A stretch of DNA of 64,000 nucleotides, taken from NCBI GenBank assembly GCA_017307065.1, contig JAFKGL010000010.1, positions 9,500 to 73,499 on the forward strand, written 5' to 3'. This stretch comes from Candidatus Paracaedimonas acanthamoebae (lineage in GTDB: Bacteria; Pseudomonadota; Alphaproteobacteria; Caedimonadales; Caedimonadaceae). The notes beneath the pieces are model-generated. The model made no database searches. It was not told where the DNA came from and saw only the letters and a program-made list of their open reading frames with translations. The position numbers and the translations under genes were made by a program. Positions 27,990 through 38,058 of the stretch are shown here, piece by piece; positions within the stretch are counted from its first letter, which is position 1; each line of letters opens with the position of its first letter.

Positions 27990-28892
27990 ATGTCATTCAT
28001 CCTTAATTCTTCATCAACACAGCAAACACAAGATTTTATCAGTGATGGTACCCCTGCCACTTTTATAGAAAAGGTTATCGAAGAATCTAAAAAAACGCTA
28101 GTTCTTGTCGATTTTTGGGCAGAATGGTGCGGACCTTGTTTACAGCTAAAGCCTTTACTTGAAAAAGCTGTTCTTGAAGTGAAGGGAAAAGTGCAGCTTG
28201 TGAAGATTGACACAGAACTTTATCCGGAACTGGCTCAACAGTGTCATATTCAATCATTGCCTACAGTGCTTGCATTTCAAGATGGACAACCTGTGGATGG
28301 ATTTTCGGGAAGTCTAGGTCTTACTCAGATCAAGAGTTTCATCGCAAAGTTGTTAGGAGCTCAGATTTCTCCCTTTGAAGAATTACTTGATATGGCAGAT
28401 CATGCACGACAACAAGATGACTTTATTTCAGCAATTAGCTGCTATGCGCGGGTTCTTGAAAAAGAGCCTCAAAATATACGCGCTTTAGGAGGAATTGCCA
28501 GAAGTTACTTGGCAACAGCCTCTTATGAGAAAGCAAAAATCTATGTTGACATGTTCCCTCCTGAAGATACTTCAGAAGAAGTTAAAACATTAAAAGCAAC
28601 TTTAGCGTTGTTAGAAAAGGGAAATTCATTAGAGGGTTTTGATATTTTAAAGGTGAAGTTTGAGAAAAATCCTACAAATCAACAAATTCAACTTGATCTG
28701 GCCTTACAGTTTTTTGCCGCAGGCAAGATTGAGCAGGCTTTAGAATTGACTTTCCAAAGCTTAGAAACGGCGCCTCATTGGGAAGATGGTGCAGCAAAAA
28801 AGCAAATTTTAAAGTTTTTTGAAGCCTTGGGAAGTAATGCCCCCTTGACAATTCAGGCTCGTAAGAGATTATCATCATTATTATTTTCTTAA
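27990..28892 (+). CDS. Thioredoxin-domain/TPR co-chaperone (YbbN/CnoX-like)
   Basis: N-terminal thioredoxin fold with intact WCGPC and a C-terminal TPR-like helical region. Confidence 0.85.
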   Translation: MSFILNSSSTQQTQDFISDGTPATFIEKVIEESKKTLVLVDFWAEWCGPCLQLKPLLEKAVLEVKGKVQLVKIDTELYPELAQQCHIQSLPTVLAFQDGQPVDGFSGSLGLTQIKSFIAKLLGAQISPFEELLDMADHARQQDDFISAISCYARVLEKEPQNIRALGGIARSYLATASYEKAKIYVDMFPPEDTSEEVKTLKATLALLEKGNSLEGFDILKVKFEKNPTNQQIQLDLALQFFAAGKIEQALELTFQSLETAPHWEDGAAKKQILKFFEALGSNAPLTIQARKRLSSLLFS

Positions 28893-28902
28893 GTAGAGGA
28901 TC

Positions 28903-29541
28903 ATGCACCTTAATCTTTCCCACTTCCCAACAAAACTTGCTATTTTAGACTTGCCCGGCATTATATTGCTTCCTCGGGGGAAGCTCCCTATTCACCTGAT
29001 GGAGGATAAACATAAACTCCTTATAGAAGAAGCCTTGAAGACGGACCGCTATGTGGGCGTCGTTCAGGCAGATAAACGAGCAGAAGGAGAAAAACTCTTT
29101 CGTTCTGGTTGTTTAGGAAAAATCACAACATTCTCTGAAGGCGAAGAAGGGGATTATTTCGTTATTTTATCAGGAGTATGTCGTTTCAACTTGCTTGACC
29201 CACAAGAAACATCAAAACCATATTTTATTCACTCAGTTTCTTATGAAACTTTTTCATTTGATATTTATGAAGAAAAAGAGAATGAGATTGAGCGAGAGAA
29301 ACTTTTAGATTTGGTAAAGGTTTATTTTTCATCATCTGATTTAATTGCAAATTGGGATGAAATCAAAATGGCCTCCAATGAACGTCTAATTAGTTCTTTG
29401 ACATTATTGTATCCCTTTGAGCCCCAAGAAAAGCAAGCTCTTTTGGAGTCTCCGACTTTAATTGAACGGACACAAATGATGACAGCTTTACTAGAAATTG
29501 CTTTTTTAAAAAATTCGCAAGCCTCATGGTTTAAACATTAG
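28903..29541 (+). CDS. LON peptidase substrate-binding (LonN) domain protein
   Basis: Stand-alone Lon N-terminal domain pattern (LPRGKLPIHLMEDKHKLLIEEAL...VGVVQ...GCLGKI). Confidence 0.78.
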   Translation: MHLNLSHFPTKLAILDLPGIILLPRGKLPIHLMEDKHKLLIEEALKTDRYVGVVQADKRAEGEKLFRSGCLGKITTFSEGEEGDYFVILSGVCRFNLLDPQETSKPYFIHSVSYETFSFDIYEEKENEIEREKLLDLVKVYFSSSDLIANWDEIKMASNERLISSLTLLYPFEPQEKQALLESPTLIERTQMMTALLEIAFLKNSQASWFKH

Positions 29542-29556
29542 TGGAGTAAAAAATAA

Positions 29557-29748
29557 ATGAGTCACACGCCTGTTCCTATTGATCCCAAATTACTTGAGAT
29601 TTTAGTCTGTCCGCAGACAAAAACAGTGTTGCGATATGATGCAGAAACGAATGAATTAGTAAGTGATAAAGCAGGATTAGCATATCCTATTCGGGATGGA
29701 ATCCCTATCTTATTGCTTGATGAGGCTCGACGTCTTGGGGATTCTTAA
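29557..29748 (+). CDS. Trm112 family protein (UPF0434/YcaR)
   Basis: 63 aa with [11 protein letters not shown]...L...[16 protein letters not shown], the hallmark of the family. Confidence 0.85.
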   Translation: MSHTPVPIDPKLLEILVCPQTKTVLRYDAETNELVSDKAGLAYPIRDGIPILLLDEARRLGDS

Positions 29749-30376
29749 TCATGAATATAGAATGTTTCGCCAAGAGAAAAAGGGGAAAAATGAGCGCCAA
29801 AAAACTACTGAGATAAGAGAGTTTTGAGGCGAAATTTAGCTCAATCCCATTGATAATTAAAAGAGGAATGTTTAAGGGAAGACTCAATAACGGCCCTAAA
29901 TAAGTAGAGTTTTTTCCTCCTAAAGAAATAATTGAAATAAAAGCTGTCGTTGCGCATAAAAAAAGAGAACTTACGAAAAAACAGATAAGAGCTTGCCCAT
30001 ATTGCTCACCAGGGACGCCAAACATAAATCCTGCAAACAGTAAAAATAAGAGGAAAGGTCCCATGAGGCGAGCCCAACGACCTAAGAATTTTATCATAAG
30101 GATCCATTCAAATGCAAAAGGGGATAAACGGAATAAATCAATAGTTCCATCTTCATAATCGTCTTGTAAGAATCGAGAAAAATTTAAATTAACAATAAAA
30201 AGAAAAATAATCCAAAATAAGCTGAGGCCGCTAGATGACATCAGCAGAGAAGGATCAACACTAATAAGTAAAAGGCTAAAGCATGTTAATAAAAATGCCA
30301 ATGGATTCCAAATATTTTGGGCGTTTTCGTATCCTTTAAGTTCAAAATAAAATAAGATCCAAAAAGCTTTTACCAT
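29705..30376 (-). CDS. ccmB: Heme exporter protein CcmB
   Basis: Six-TM protein whose start overlaps the ccmA stop by 7 nt. CcmB-like segments ([15 protein letters not shown]). The 3' end overlaps the Trm112 gene convergently. Confidence 0.82.
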   Translation of the reverse strand: MVKAFWILFYFELKGYENAQNIWNPLAFLLTCFSLLLISVDPSLLMSSSGLSLFWIIFLFIVNLNFSRFLQDDYEDGTIDLFRLSPFAFEWILMIKFLGRWARLMGPFLLFLLFAGFMFGVPGEQYGQALICFFVSSLFLCATTAFISIISLGGKNSTYLGPLLSLPLNIPLLIINGIELNFASKLSYLSSFLALIFPLFLLAKHSIFMIKNPQDVEPHQAIR

Positions 30377-31041
30377 CTATTATCCTCTTGGATTGATTGC
30401 ATAGGCTTGAAATCTTCCAAATGAAGAAGTTGCCCTTCAAGAGGAAGCAAGTCATGCGGAAAAGCTATGATAATCACCCCTTGTTTTGACAAGTGTAAAG
30501 CCATTACTTGAGAAAGACGATCGGCTTGTCTTGCATCAAGATGAGCAAAAGGTTCATCTAAAATCCATAAGGGTGTTTCTTTTAAAAAGAGTTGGCAAAG
30601 ATTGAGAGATTGCCGTTGTCCTGCAGAAAGATAACAAATAGGGGTATCCCATAAATCTTGCAAGCCAAAATGATCTAAAATTTTTTCAAATTCTTTTATT
30701 AGGTTTGAAGGCGATCGTGACGGAAGTTTTCCTCTCAAGAGTTGCCAAAAATGGAGCTGTTCAAAAACTCTAAAGTTATTTTTAAGGGGAGGATTAACAG
30801 AGACAAAAGTTGACTCAATCGAAGGCGATAAAAGGTGACCTTCAGATCTCCACTGTAATTTTCCGTCTAACGGGAGAGATAGGCCGGCGATAATGCGAAG
30901 AAGGGTTGTTTTTCCTGAGCCATTAGCCCCTATAATTTTAAGGATTTCAGTCGATTTTATTGAAAAATTCACATTTGAAAATAAGGGATGTTTACTAAAA
31001 GAAGCGGAGAGATTTTGCGCATCAAGAGAATAATATATCAT
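30370..31041 (-). CDS. ccmA: Heme ABC exporter ATP-binding protein CcmA
   Basis: Walker A GANGSGKTT, signature LSAGQRQ, Walker B LWILDEP. Confidence 0.85.
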   Translation of the reverse strand: MIYYSLDAQNLSASFSKHPLFSNVNFSIKSTEILKIIGANGSGKTTLLRIIAGLSLPLDGKLQWRSEGHLLSPSIESTFVSVNPPLKNNFRVFEQLHFWQLLRGKLPSRSPSNLIKEFEKILDHFGLQDLWDTPICYLSAGQRQSLNLCQLFLKETPLWILDEPFAHLDARQADRLSQVMALHLSKQGVIIIAFPHDLLPLEGQLLHLEDFKPMQSIQEDNRW

Positions 31042-31461
31042 CTATTCTGAAAAAAGTTTTTGAAGGGAATGAATGATTGCCGCACTTGCAGGAAGCATCT
31101 CATAATGAGACAATTCTTGAAGAGAGACCCATTGAAGTGTTTGCCCTTCACATCCTTGAGGTTCTTTTTCCCAGTTTGTACATAAAAAAGTTGGCATCAA
31201 AAGATTAAAATCTGGGTAAGCGTAAGACACGTCAATAATTTTTTGGAGAGCACGGGTGGTGATATGTATGCCAAGCTCTTCATAAAGTTCTCGAACAAGA
31301 GCGTCTATCGGTGTTTCTTGAGGATGTATTTTTCCGCCAGGAAATTCCCAAAGACCTGCGAAAGGTTTTCCTTCTGGTCTTTTTGCGATTAAGTAGAGGT
31401 CATTTCTTTTTAAAACGCCAGCTACACAAAAGAGATCATTAATTTTAGAATTCAAGCGCAA
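31042..31461 (-). CDS. mutT: NUDIX hydrolase (MutT-like 8-oxo-dGTP diphosphatase)
   Basis: Nudix box GGKIHPQETPIDALVRELYEELGI. 139 aa. Confidence 0.83.
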   Translation of the reverse strand: MRLNSKINDLFCVAGVLKRNDLYLIAKRPEGKPFAGLWEFPGGKIHPQETPIDALVRELYEELGIHITTRALQKIIDVSYAYPDFNLLMPTFLCTNWEKEPQGCEGQTLQWVSLQELSHYEMLPASAAIIHSLQKLFSE

Positions 31462-32179
31462 ATCCCTGTCTTAAGATATTTTCTACTTCAGGGGTAATTT
31501 TTCCATTTTTCTCATGAAGAATTAAGCCTTGTGAAAGGCGCGTTGGACCCAAGATATTTTTACGTCCTCGAATGATGACGCGTTTAGCATCTTTCCCCAT
31601 CATCGGCCACAAGGGATAAACAATAATTTCACCGAATTTTTGATGCATCAGGGCAAGAAGGGCATCCATCCGGTCGACGGGATAGATAAAACTTACGGAT
31701 CCTTTTGGACGAACCATAAGATAAGCAAAATTGACCCAATCCAAGAGGGTGGCTTCACTTTCCATGTTTGAGAATCGTTTGTTATCAATTTTCGAAAGAG
31801 TTGCGTTTTTTTCCTCAAAATAAGGAGGATTCGCCATAATATGATGAAAAGAACCAGCCGCAAGGCGGGGGGGAAGTCTTAAAAGATTTCCAATGATAAT
31901 CTCGCACCGGTCTTGCATTTGATTCGCGCGAACGTTCTTTGTGGCAAGACGTCCGAGTTCTTGTTGGACTTCGAGTCCCACAACACGGATATTTGAGGCA
32001 CGATGAGCGAGACACAATAAGGCTGCACCGACGCCAGTTCCCACATCCAAAACTGTTTCACCGGGAGTGGTAGGAATTGAGGCCGCTAAAAAAATAGGGT
32101 CAATCGCAACGCGATAACCTTCTTGAGGTTGCTCTAAAAGAATTTGACCATTCAATAAAGTATCCATTGTCGTGTTCAT
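31445..32179 (-). CDS. SAM-dependent N6-adenine methyltransferase (tRNA1(Val) m6A37 TrmN6/YfiC-like)
   Basis: SAM motif VLDVGTGVGA and catalytic NPPY (MANPPYF). Confidence 0.78.
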   Translation of the reverse strand: MNTTMDTLLNGQILLEQPQEGYRVAIDPIFLAASIPTTPGETVLDVGTGVGAALLCLAHRASNIRVVGLEVQQELGRLATKNVRANQMQDRCEIIIGNLLRLPPRLAAGSFHHIMANPPYFEEKNATLSKIDNKRFSNMESEATLLDWVNFAYLMVRPKGSVSFIYPVDRMDALLALMHQKFGEIIVYPLWPMMGKDAKRVIIRGRKNILGPTRLSQGLILHEKNGKITPEVENILRQGFALEF

Positions 32180-32292
32180 GACATTCCTGGTAAAGAAAAT
32201 AAGGTTATATTATAAGTTCTGAGTCCGTAGCATAGTCATGTTAGCTAATTTTTGAAAGAGAGAAGATTAGCTTATTAAAAAGAGGGGCGCGA

Positions 32293-33315
32293 ATGGCACA
32301 AGAAGAGTTAAAAATTTTTAAAGAAGAACATCGGAAATTAGCTAGTTTAGAGCCATTAATGTCTCTTGTGAAAACTGATCTTGCTCATGTTAACGATATA
32401 ATTTTGGAGAGACTTCAAAGTCCGGTTACTTTAATACCCGAGATTGCAGGTTATTTGATTAAGAGTGGAGGAAAGCGGTTGAGGCCGGTGCTTACTCTGG
32501 CTTGCGCTCAACTTTTCGGATATCAAGGGGAAAAGGCGATCTCATTAGCTGCAAGTGTTGAATTTATTCATACAGCAACGCTTTTACATGATGATGTGGT
32601 TGATGAAAGTGGCTTACGACGAGGGCAAGCTTCTGCAAATCAATTATGGGGAAATCAATCCTCAGTATTGGTGGGGGACTTTTTATTTAGTCGTGCTTTT
32701 GAACTGATGGTTGAACAAGAATCTCTTCCCGCGTTGAAAGTACTTTCCAAAGTTTCAGCAACAATTGCTCAAGGCGAAGTTTTGCAACTTTTGCATATTA
32801 ATGATCTTGCAATGACGACTGAAAAATATCTTGAAATCGTCCATGCTAAAACCGCAACTCTTTTTGAAGCTGCTGCGCGTATTGGGGCGATCATTGCTCA
32901 AAGGACTGTTGAGGAAGAGAAAAACTTACAAGAATTTGGGCATAGTTTGGGGATGGCTTTTCAGTTAGTAGATGATGTTTTAGATTATACGGCAGATGAA
33001 AAAACGCTCGGCAAGGCTGTCGGCGATGATTTTCGTGAAGGAAAAATTACACTCCCCGTGATTCATAGTTATCAAGAAAGTGATGTGGCTGAGAAAAAAT
33101 TTTGGCACCGCGTGATGGTTACTCTCACTCAAGAAGAAGGAGATTTTAAACAAGCTCATGCATTATTAGAAAAGCATCAAGCGTTCGAAAAAACGCTGTG
33201 TCTGGCGCAACAATATCTCCAAAAAGCCAAACAAGCTCTCTATACTTTTCCGTCAAGCCTTATTCGTGAGGCTTTGTTAGAGACATGTACTTTTGTCGTG
33301 CAGCGGAAAAATTAA
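32293..33315 (+). CDS. ispB: Polyprenyl (octaprenyl-type) diphosphate synthase
   Basis: First and second Asp-rich motifs (LLHDDVVDE; QLVDDVLDY). 340 aa. Confidence 0.9.
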   Translation: MAQEELKIFKEEHRKLASLEPLMSLVKTDLAHVNDIILERLQSPVTLIPEIAGYLIKSGGKRLRPVLTLACAQLFGYQGEKAISLAASVEFIHTATLLHDDVVDESGLRRGQASANQLWGNQSSVLVGDFLFSRAFELMVEQESLPALKVLSKVSATIAQGEVLQLLHINDLAMTTEKYLEIVHAKTATLFEAAARIGAIIAQRTVEEEKNLQEFGHSLGMAFQLVDDVLDYTADEKTLGKAVGDDFREGKITLPVIHSYQESDVAEKKFWHRVMVTLTQEEGDFKQAHALLEKHQAFEKTLCLAQQYLQKAKQALYTFPSSLIREALLETCTFVVQRKN

Positions 33316-33361
33316 GCTGACAACGTAAAGATAATTGTCAAACCTAAAGAAGTGTAAAATG

Positions 33362-33391
33362 ATAGAGAGCATATATTGATATGCCCTCTAT
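33362..33391. terminator. Strong hairpin between convergent ispB and the small secreted-protein gene (possible bidirectional terminator)
   Basis: atagagagcatat-attg-atatgccctctat: 13-bp stem with one mismatch. The flanking T/A runs are weak. Confidence 0.4.
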
Positions 33392-33415
33392 TAAACAAAT
33401 TTTTAAGTTAACGAA

Positions 33416-33634
33416 TTAACAATTTGCAATAGCTTCGTCATATTCGCGATGAATGCGTTCTATTTCGCGTTGTCTATCATGAGGTAGAATGTCGCGATTT
33501 TCTCTAATGCTATCAAGGGCATGATCTCTATTTTCACGCGCTCTCTCTCTACATTGTTGTGATGCATCAGTAGCTTCAGCGCCACTCACAAAACAACCCA
33601 ACATAATGGATGTAAGTACTATTTTCTTTAACAT
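33416..33634 (-). CDS. Small secreted Arg/Glu-rich protein bracketed by two cysteines
   Basis: ATG at 33634 lies 7 nt after GGAGA. Signal peptide MLKKIVLTSIMLGCFVSGAEA/TD. The mature ~51 aa carry RENRD twice, with Cys near both ends. Confidence 0.5.
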   Translation of the reverse strand: MLKKIVLTSIMLGCFVSGAEATDASQQCRERARENRDHALDSIRENRDILPHDRQREIERIHREYDEAIANC

Positions 33635-33780
33635 TTGTTTCTCCATGTAAATAGTTAATAACAATCTAATTAAATGATAAAAATATTAATAAAGACTTAA
33701 TATTAACTAAATTAAAATTGTTTTTTTAAACACAAGTAGGCTGAACATGATTCATTTTAGTCTAACATCAATTAGTTGAT

Positions 33781-34127
33781 ATCTTCCAGAACTTGCGAGA
33801 TCCTAAACGTTCCAGAGTCGATTCCAAAAATGCTCTACTTCTCCCTCATTTTCACCCTGCCTGTCACGCACGCTGAGGGGTTTCCCTTCTCTTTCATCAG
33901 GCAAAGAGAGGGTATTCGCTCAAAAAGAGCGTTGAGGCTTTATTTCTTCTCCTAAGTAAGGATTTTAATCCCTATTTTAGTCTTTTTCTTGAGGATTCAT
34001 GTCAGAGAGAGTGAAAGGATTATAAGGTTTTGCAAGGCCTGTATAAGATGCGAAATACTCTCTTATCATCCTATTACTAGCCTATCATAATATGATACAT
34101 TTTTCAAGGAAATTCGATAAATGTACT
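33781..34127 (-). repeat. Copy A of the dispersed intergenic repeat family (candidate structured RNA/leader element), minus orientation
   Basis: Collinear by-eye alignment over about 340 nt with 61236-61545 (+), including the near-identical core gaggcaaagaga(a/g)gg(c/t)attcgctcaaaaagagcgtt (written here on the plus strand of copy A). Confidence 0.6.
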
Positions 34128-34244
34128 TAATAAATTGTCTTTTTATAACAATGATTTAATATTTTTTTAGAGAAAATTTTGGAAGGGGTAAATAATTGTT
34201 TTAAAAGCCCTTATAAAAATTAAAAAATGGCCTCAAGGTAGCGC

Positions 34245-34829
34245 TTAAGCATGGCCTGATTCTAAGGAGAGAAGTTCAGGATTCACCCCAATTTTATTCA
34301 GAACTTGTTTCCACAGAAGGTCTAATTCTTTTGTGAAAACAAGGTCAAGATCTGCATCAACCGTGAGCCAACTATTTTCTTGAAGTTCAGCTTCTAATTG
34401 CCCAGCACTCCAGCCTGTATAGCCTAAAGCTAAGATCTTTTTTTGCGGGCCATGACCACTTGCGATCTCATTTAAAATATCAACAGTCGCTGTGAGAGCC
34501 ATCTCATCACTGATTTTGACAGAGGCCTTATGCAAATAATCAGTTGAATGAAGAATAAAGCCTCGTCCCATTTCAACCGGACCTCCGAAATGAATAGGAA
34601 TTTCATCGGTGATGAAAGGCGTTTTGATGTTTAATTGATCTAAGAGCTCTTGAAGCGTAAGGGAATCAATCAAGCGATTTAAAACAAGCCCCATGGCGCC
34701 TTGTTTATCATGACCACAAATCAGGATCACGGCATGGGTAAAACGAGGATCCATAAGATGAGGCATTGCCACGAGAAGTTTGCCGGTTAAAACATCTGTT
34801 GAAGAAGTGAAAATAGAATTTTTATTCAT
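34245..34829 (-). CDS. YqgE/AlgH family protein (UPF0301)
   Basis: Family-typical segments (LVAMPHLMDPRFTHAVILICGHD..GAMGLVLNR; GGPVEMGRGFILH; GYTGWSAGQLEAELQENSWL). Confidence 0.88.
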   Translation of the reverse strand: MNKNSIFTSSTDVLTGKLLVAMPHLMDPRFTHAVILICGHDKQGAMGLVLNRLIDSLTLQELLDQLNIKTPFITDEIPIHFGGPVEMGRGFILHSTDYLHKASVKISDEMALTATVDILNEIASGHGPQKKILALGYTGWSAGQLEAELQENSWLTVDADLDLVFTKELDLLWKQVLNKIGVNPELLSLESGHA

Positions 34830-34884
34830 TTATAGTACCAAGATAAGGTAGGATGAGAAAAAATTGCATAATGGTATTCAAGTC

Positions 34885-36660
34885 ATGCCTAACAAATTGA
34901 GAGTTTTTAACCACTTAAAGTTTATCTTAGCATTTCTATATGTCGGCGTACAGATAACATCTGCTCAGCCTTCAAAAATGATTAAAGCAGAGCTTTTGAG
35001 TGCAGTTCAAGGAACGAAAGGCCATCAAGACGTCTTACTCGGCCTTCGGCTTGAAATTCCTTCAGGGGCTAAGATAAACGCGCCTTCTCCTGAAAATTCT
35101 GCGGTTGCTCCTGTTTTTGAGTGGCAAGAATCACAAAATTTTAAAGAGGCTCAAATTTTGTGGCCGCTGGGCAAACATCGTCATGTTGAAGGAATAGATT
35201 TTTATTCTTATGAAAAATCGGTGATCATTCCTATTCGGTATATTCTGAAGAATGCAAGTCAACCCACCAAGGCTCACGGTAAATTCAAATATATTCTATG
35301 CCAAGAGCAATGTGTTCCTCAAGAATTGACCTTTAAGGTAGACTTGCAAAGCGACCGTGGTGAAGAAACTCCTTTTTCGGAGCTTCTATTTCGCGCAAAA
35401 CAAACGATAGCTCATGATCTTATTTCTGAGGATGAGGTAGGTTTTGCTCTTATGGTGTTATTTGCTTTCGTGGGGGGATTTATTCTTAATTTTATGCCCT
35501 GTGTTTTGCCTGTTCTGTCTTTAAAATTTATGAGTATTACGCGACAAGAACAGCGTCTTCATCAAGATTTCCATTATCGGTTAGGTTTTTGGGCGACGTT
35601 TGCCGGAATTTTATCTTCCTTTGTAATTTTTGGCATTGTTGCCATGGCTTTAGATTCTTTAGGAGCTCAAGTCGGATGGGGATTGCATTTCCAGCAACCT
35701 ACTTTTCTCGTGTTTATGATTGCCATCTTAACCTTATTTACCTGTAATTTATTGGGATTCTATGAGATTGGTTTGCCTGTCGCACTTCAAACGAGATTGA
35801 GCGCTATTTTTGGGCAACATTTTCCGCACTTAGTGGAAGATTATTTGACTGGTGTTTTTGCGACGCTATTGGCCACCCCTTGTACAGCTCCTTTTTTGGG
35901 AACAGCCTTGGGGTATGCTTTCTCGCGCTCCGGGCTTGAAATTATTTTACTATTTAGTGTGATGGGAATTGGCTTTGGGCTTCCCTATTGGCTAGGGGCT
36001 CTTTTGCCGGTGCGGTGGCTTAAACTGCCAAAAGCGGGGCCTTGGACACTGACTTTGTCCCGTATTTTAGGAGGGCTTTTAGCCTTGACAACGGGATGGT
36101 TAGTGTGGGTTCTTGCGGGAGCTCATAGTATGTTAGCAATGCTGGTGGTCACAGGAGCTATTTTCACAATGGCTCTTCTTTTTTATGTGGGGCAAAAACG
36201 TCCGTTGTTACGTCGATGGGTCTGGGGGCCTTTTTTAATCATCTTATTGTCGGCTTTTTTGCCTTCAGCCATAAAAACGACACAAGTTTCGCCATTAAAG
36301 GCGGAGAATAGTCTTTGGCAGCCTTTAGATATCCAAAAAATTCCTGAACTTGTTCAAGCCGGAAAAGTCGTTTTTGTGGATGTGACGGCTGATTGGTGTT
36401 TAACCTGTAAGCTCAATAAAGCTTTTGTTTTAGAAGAAAAGAAAGTTTTAAAGGCCTTAAAATCACCTCACGTTGTTGCGATGCGCGGCGATTGGACACG
36501 TTATGATCAAGACATTCAGAATTTTCTTACTCACTACAATCGAGTAGGTGTTCCTTTTAATATTGTTTTTGGACCTAAACAATCGCAAGGAGTGGTTTTA
36601 AGCGAAATTCTAAAAAAGAAGGATGTCCTTGAAGCTTTAAAACGTGTACAAAGCGATTGA
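34885..36660 (+). CDS. Thiol:disulfide interchange protein DsbD-like (membrane electron transporter with C-terminal thioredoxin domain)
   Basis: N-terminal periplasmic domain, central multi-TM core with conserved Cys ([13 protein letters not shown]; [10 protein letters not shown]) and C-terminal thioredoxin fold with WCLTCK. ATG at 34885 preferred over TTG at 34864. Confidence 0.8.
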   Translation: MPNKLRVFNHLKFILAFLYVGVQITSAQPSKMIKAELLSAVQGTKGHQDVLLGLRLEIPSGAKINAPSPENSAVAPVFEWQESQNFKEAQILWPLGKHRHVEGIDFYSYEKSVIIPIRYILKNASQPTKAHGKFKYILCQEQCVPQELTFKVDLQSDRGEETPFSELLFRAKQTIAHDLISEDEVGFALMVLFAFVGGFILNFMPCVLPVLSLKFMSITRQEQRLHQDFHYRLGFWATFAGILSSFVIFGIVAMALDSLGAQVGWGLHFQQPTFLVFMIAILTLFTCNLLGFYEIGLPVALQTRLSAIFGQHFPHLVEDYLTGVFATLLATPCTAPFLGTALGYAFSRSGLEIILLFSVMGIGFGLPYWLGALLPVRWLKLPKAGPWTLTLSRILGGLLALTTGWLVWVLAGAHSMLAMLVVTGAIFTMALLFYVGQKRPLLRRWVWGPFLIILLSAFLPSAIKTTQVSPLKAENSLWQPLDIQKIPELVQAGKVVFVDVTADWCLTCKLNKAFVLEEKKVLKALKSPHVVAMRGDWTRYDQDIQNFLTHYNRVGVPFNIVFGPKQSQGVVLSEILKKKDVLEALKRVQSD

Positions 36661-36716
36661 CATTTAAAAGAGGTGAGGGTTATAACACCGTAAGAGTTTA
36701 TATAAGGACTATTGGC

Positions 36717-36941
36717 ATGAAAAAAGATATCCATCCAGATTATCATAAGGTTAAGATTGTTTTTACAGATGGAACAAGCTTTGAAACCCGTTCTACATGG
36801 GGCAAAGAAGGTGATTCCCTTCGTCTTGATATTGATCCAACAACACATCCTGCTTGGACGGGCGTACATCGTTTGATGGATACAGGTGGACAATTGTCTA
36901 AGTTCAAGAATCGTTTCCAAGGATTTGGACTTAAGAAGTAA
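36717..36941 (+). CDS. rpmE: 50S ribosomal protein L31
   Basis: [19 protein letters not shown]...HPAWTG...RFQGFG. ATG at 36717, in frame with the longer track ORF. Confidence 0.93.
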   Translation: MKKDIHPDYHKVKIVFTDGTSFETRSTWGKEGDSLRLDIDPTTHPAWTGVHRLMDTGGQLSKFKNRFQGFGLKK

Positions 36942-36961
36942 ATTAAGTTTACAGATGATAC

Positions 36962-36992
36962 AAAAAAAGCCTCCTAAAAGGAGGCTTTTTTA
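36962..36992. terminator. Bidirectional rho-independent terminator between rpmE and fbaB
   Basis: aaaaaaa-gcctcc-taaaa-ggaggc-tttttt: a GC-rich stem flanked by an A-run and a T-run. Confidence 0.8.
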
Positions 36993-37010
36993 TGGGATTA
37001 AGGAAAAACT

Positions 37011-37946
37011 TTAAGCTTTCCCAAGATAAATCTTCGTCAATTGATCTAATAACTCAAGAGCTTCTTCTCGGGGTCTTTGGAAAGCATTGCGTCCGATAAT
37101 AGATCCATGACCTCCGCCATGATGGATCGCGCGCGCATCTTCATAGACTCCGTTTAAGTCCTTTGTTTCGCCGCCAGAAAACACCACAAGACGGCGTTCA
37201 TTAAAGCAACATTGCATAACATGACGAACACGATCAGTCATTGTTGAGACATTAATTTTATATTTTTCATATTCTTTGCGAGCCGCGTCAACTTCAAGAT
37301 GAGCAGAAGGAAGTTTCACCTTAATAATGTGAGCTCCTAAAAGAGCTGCCATATGGGCTCCATACGTGACCACGTCGATGGCTGTTTCGCCTTCTTTAGA
37401 AACATTTCCACGCGCATAAGACCAAATAACGACGATAAGGCCATAAGCTTTTGCTTCTTCTGCGAGGGCTTGAATTTCCTCAAACATGTCTAAACTCGCA
37501 TCTGCGCCTGGATAAATCGTAAAGCCAATTCCAATGCACCCTAATCTGAGAGCATCTTGGATAGAAGCTGTGACAGCTTGATCTGAAAGGCGCGCTTCTT
37601 TTGTTGAGGGAAGAAGTGAGTTTGAGCTGTTAATTTTTAGAATAGTAGGAATAGCGCCGGCAAAAGTATCGGCACCTGCTTCCAGCATGCCCAAGGGAGC
37701 GGCATAAGCAGAAAGGCCGGCATCCACGGCAAGTTGATAATGATAATGGGGATCATAGGCGGCGGGATTGCTGGCAAAGCTTCTGCCAGGACCATGTTCA
37801 AATCCTTGATCCACGGGAAGAATGATTAATCGTCCGGTATTACCGAGTCGGCCATGCGTCAAAAGGCGGGCAAGATTCGTTTTTGTTCCCGGGTTATCAC
37901 TTTCATAATAACTTAAAATCTTTTTGATTTTATTGTTAATTTTCAT
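37011..37946 (-). CDS. fbaB: Class I fructose-bisphosphate aldolase (DhnA/FbaB type)
   Basis: Resembles E. coli FbaB (GRLGNTGRLIILPVDQGFEHGP..SFASNP; IIKVKLP; GGGHGSIIGRNAFQ). ATG at 37946. The longer track ORF would run through tRNA-Pro. Confidence 0.85.
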   Translation of the reverse strand: MKINNKIKKILSYYESDNPGTKTNLARLLTHGRLGNTGRLIILPVDQGFEHGPGRSFASNPAAYDPHYHYQLAVDAGLSAYAAPLGMLEAGADTFAGAIPTILKINSSNSLLPSTKEARLSDQAVTASIQDALRLGCIGIGFTIYPGADASLDMFEEIQALAEEAKAYGLIVVIWSYARGNVSKEGETAIDVVTYGAHMAALLGAHIIKVKLPSAHLEVDAARKEYEKYKINVSTMTDRVRHVMQCCFNERRLVVFSGGETKDLNGVYEDARAIHHGGGHGSIIGRNAFQRPREEALELLDQLTKIYLGKA

Positions 37947-37971
37947 GGAATTTCCTTTAAAAGTACCAAAA

Positions 37972-38048
37972 TGGTCGGAGCGGCGGGATTTGAACCCACG
38001 ACCCCCACACCCCCAGTGTGATGCGCTACCAGGCTGCGCTACGCTCCG
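37972..38048 (-). tRNA. tRNA-Pro (anticodon GGG), CCA encoded
   Basis: Reverse complement: cggagcg-ta-gcgc-agcctggta-gcgc-a-tcaca-ctGGGgg-tgtgg-gggtc-gtggg-ttcaaat-cccgc-cgctccg-a-cca. Confidence 0.92.
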
Positions 38049-38058
38049 ACTAATGGCG

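Noticed and set aside
33781-34127. Possibility that the repeat copies are RNase P RNA, tmRNA or another housekeeping RNA (segments such as cagggtgaaaatgagggagaagtagagc and aggaaaggtcagg vaguely recall RNase P J11/12 and P4).
   Set aside because: The universally conserved P4 sequence GAGGAAAGUCCGGGC and the ACAGAAnCCGGCUUA strand are absent. There are at least two or three divergent copies, and no tmRNA tag ORF is visible.
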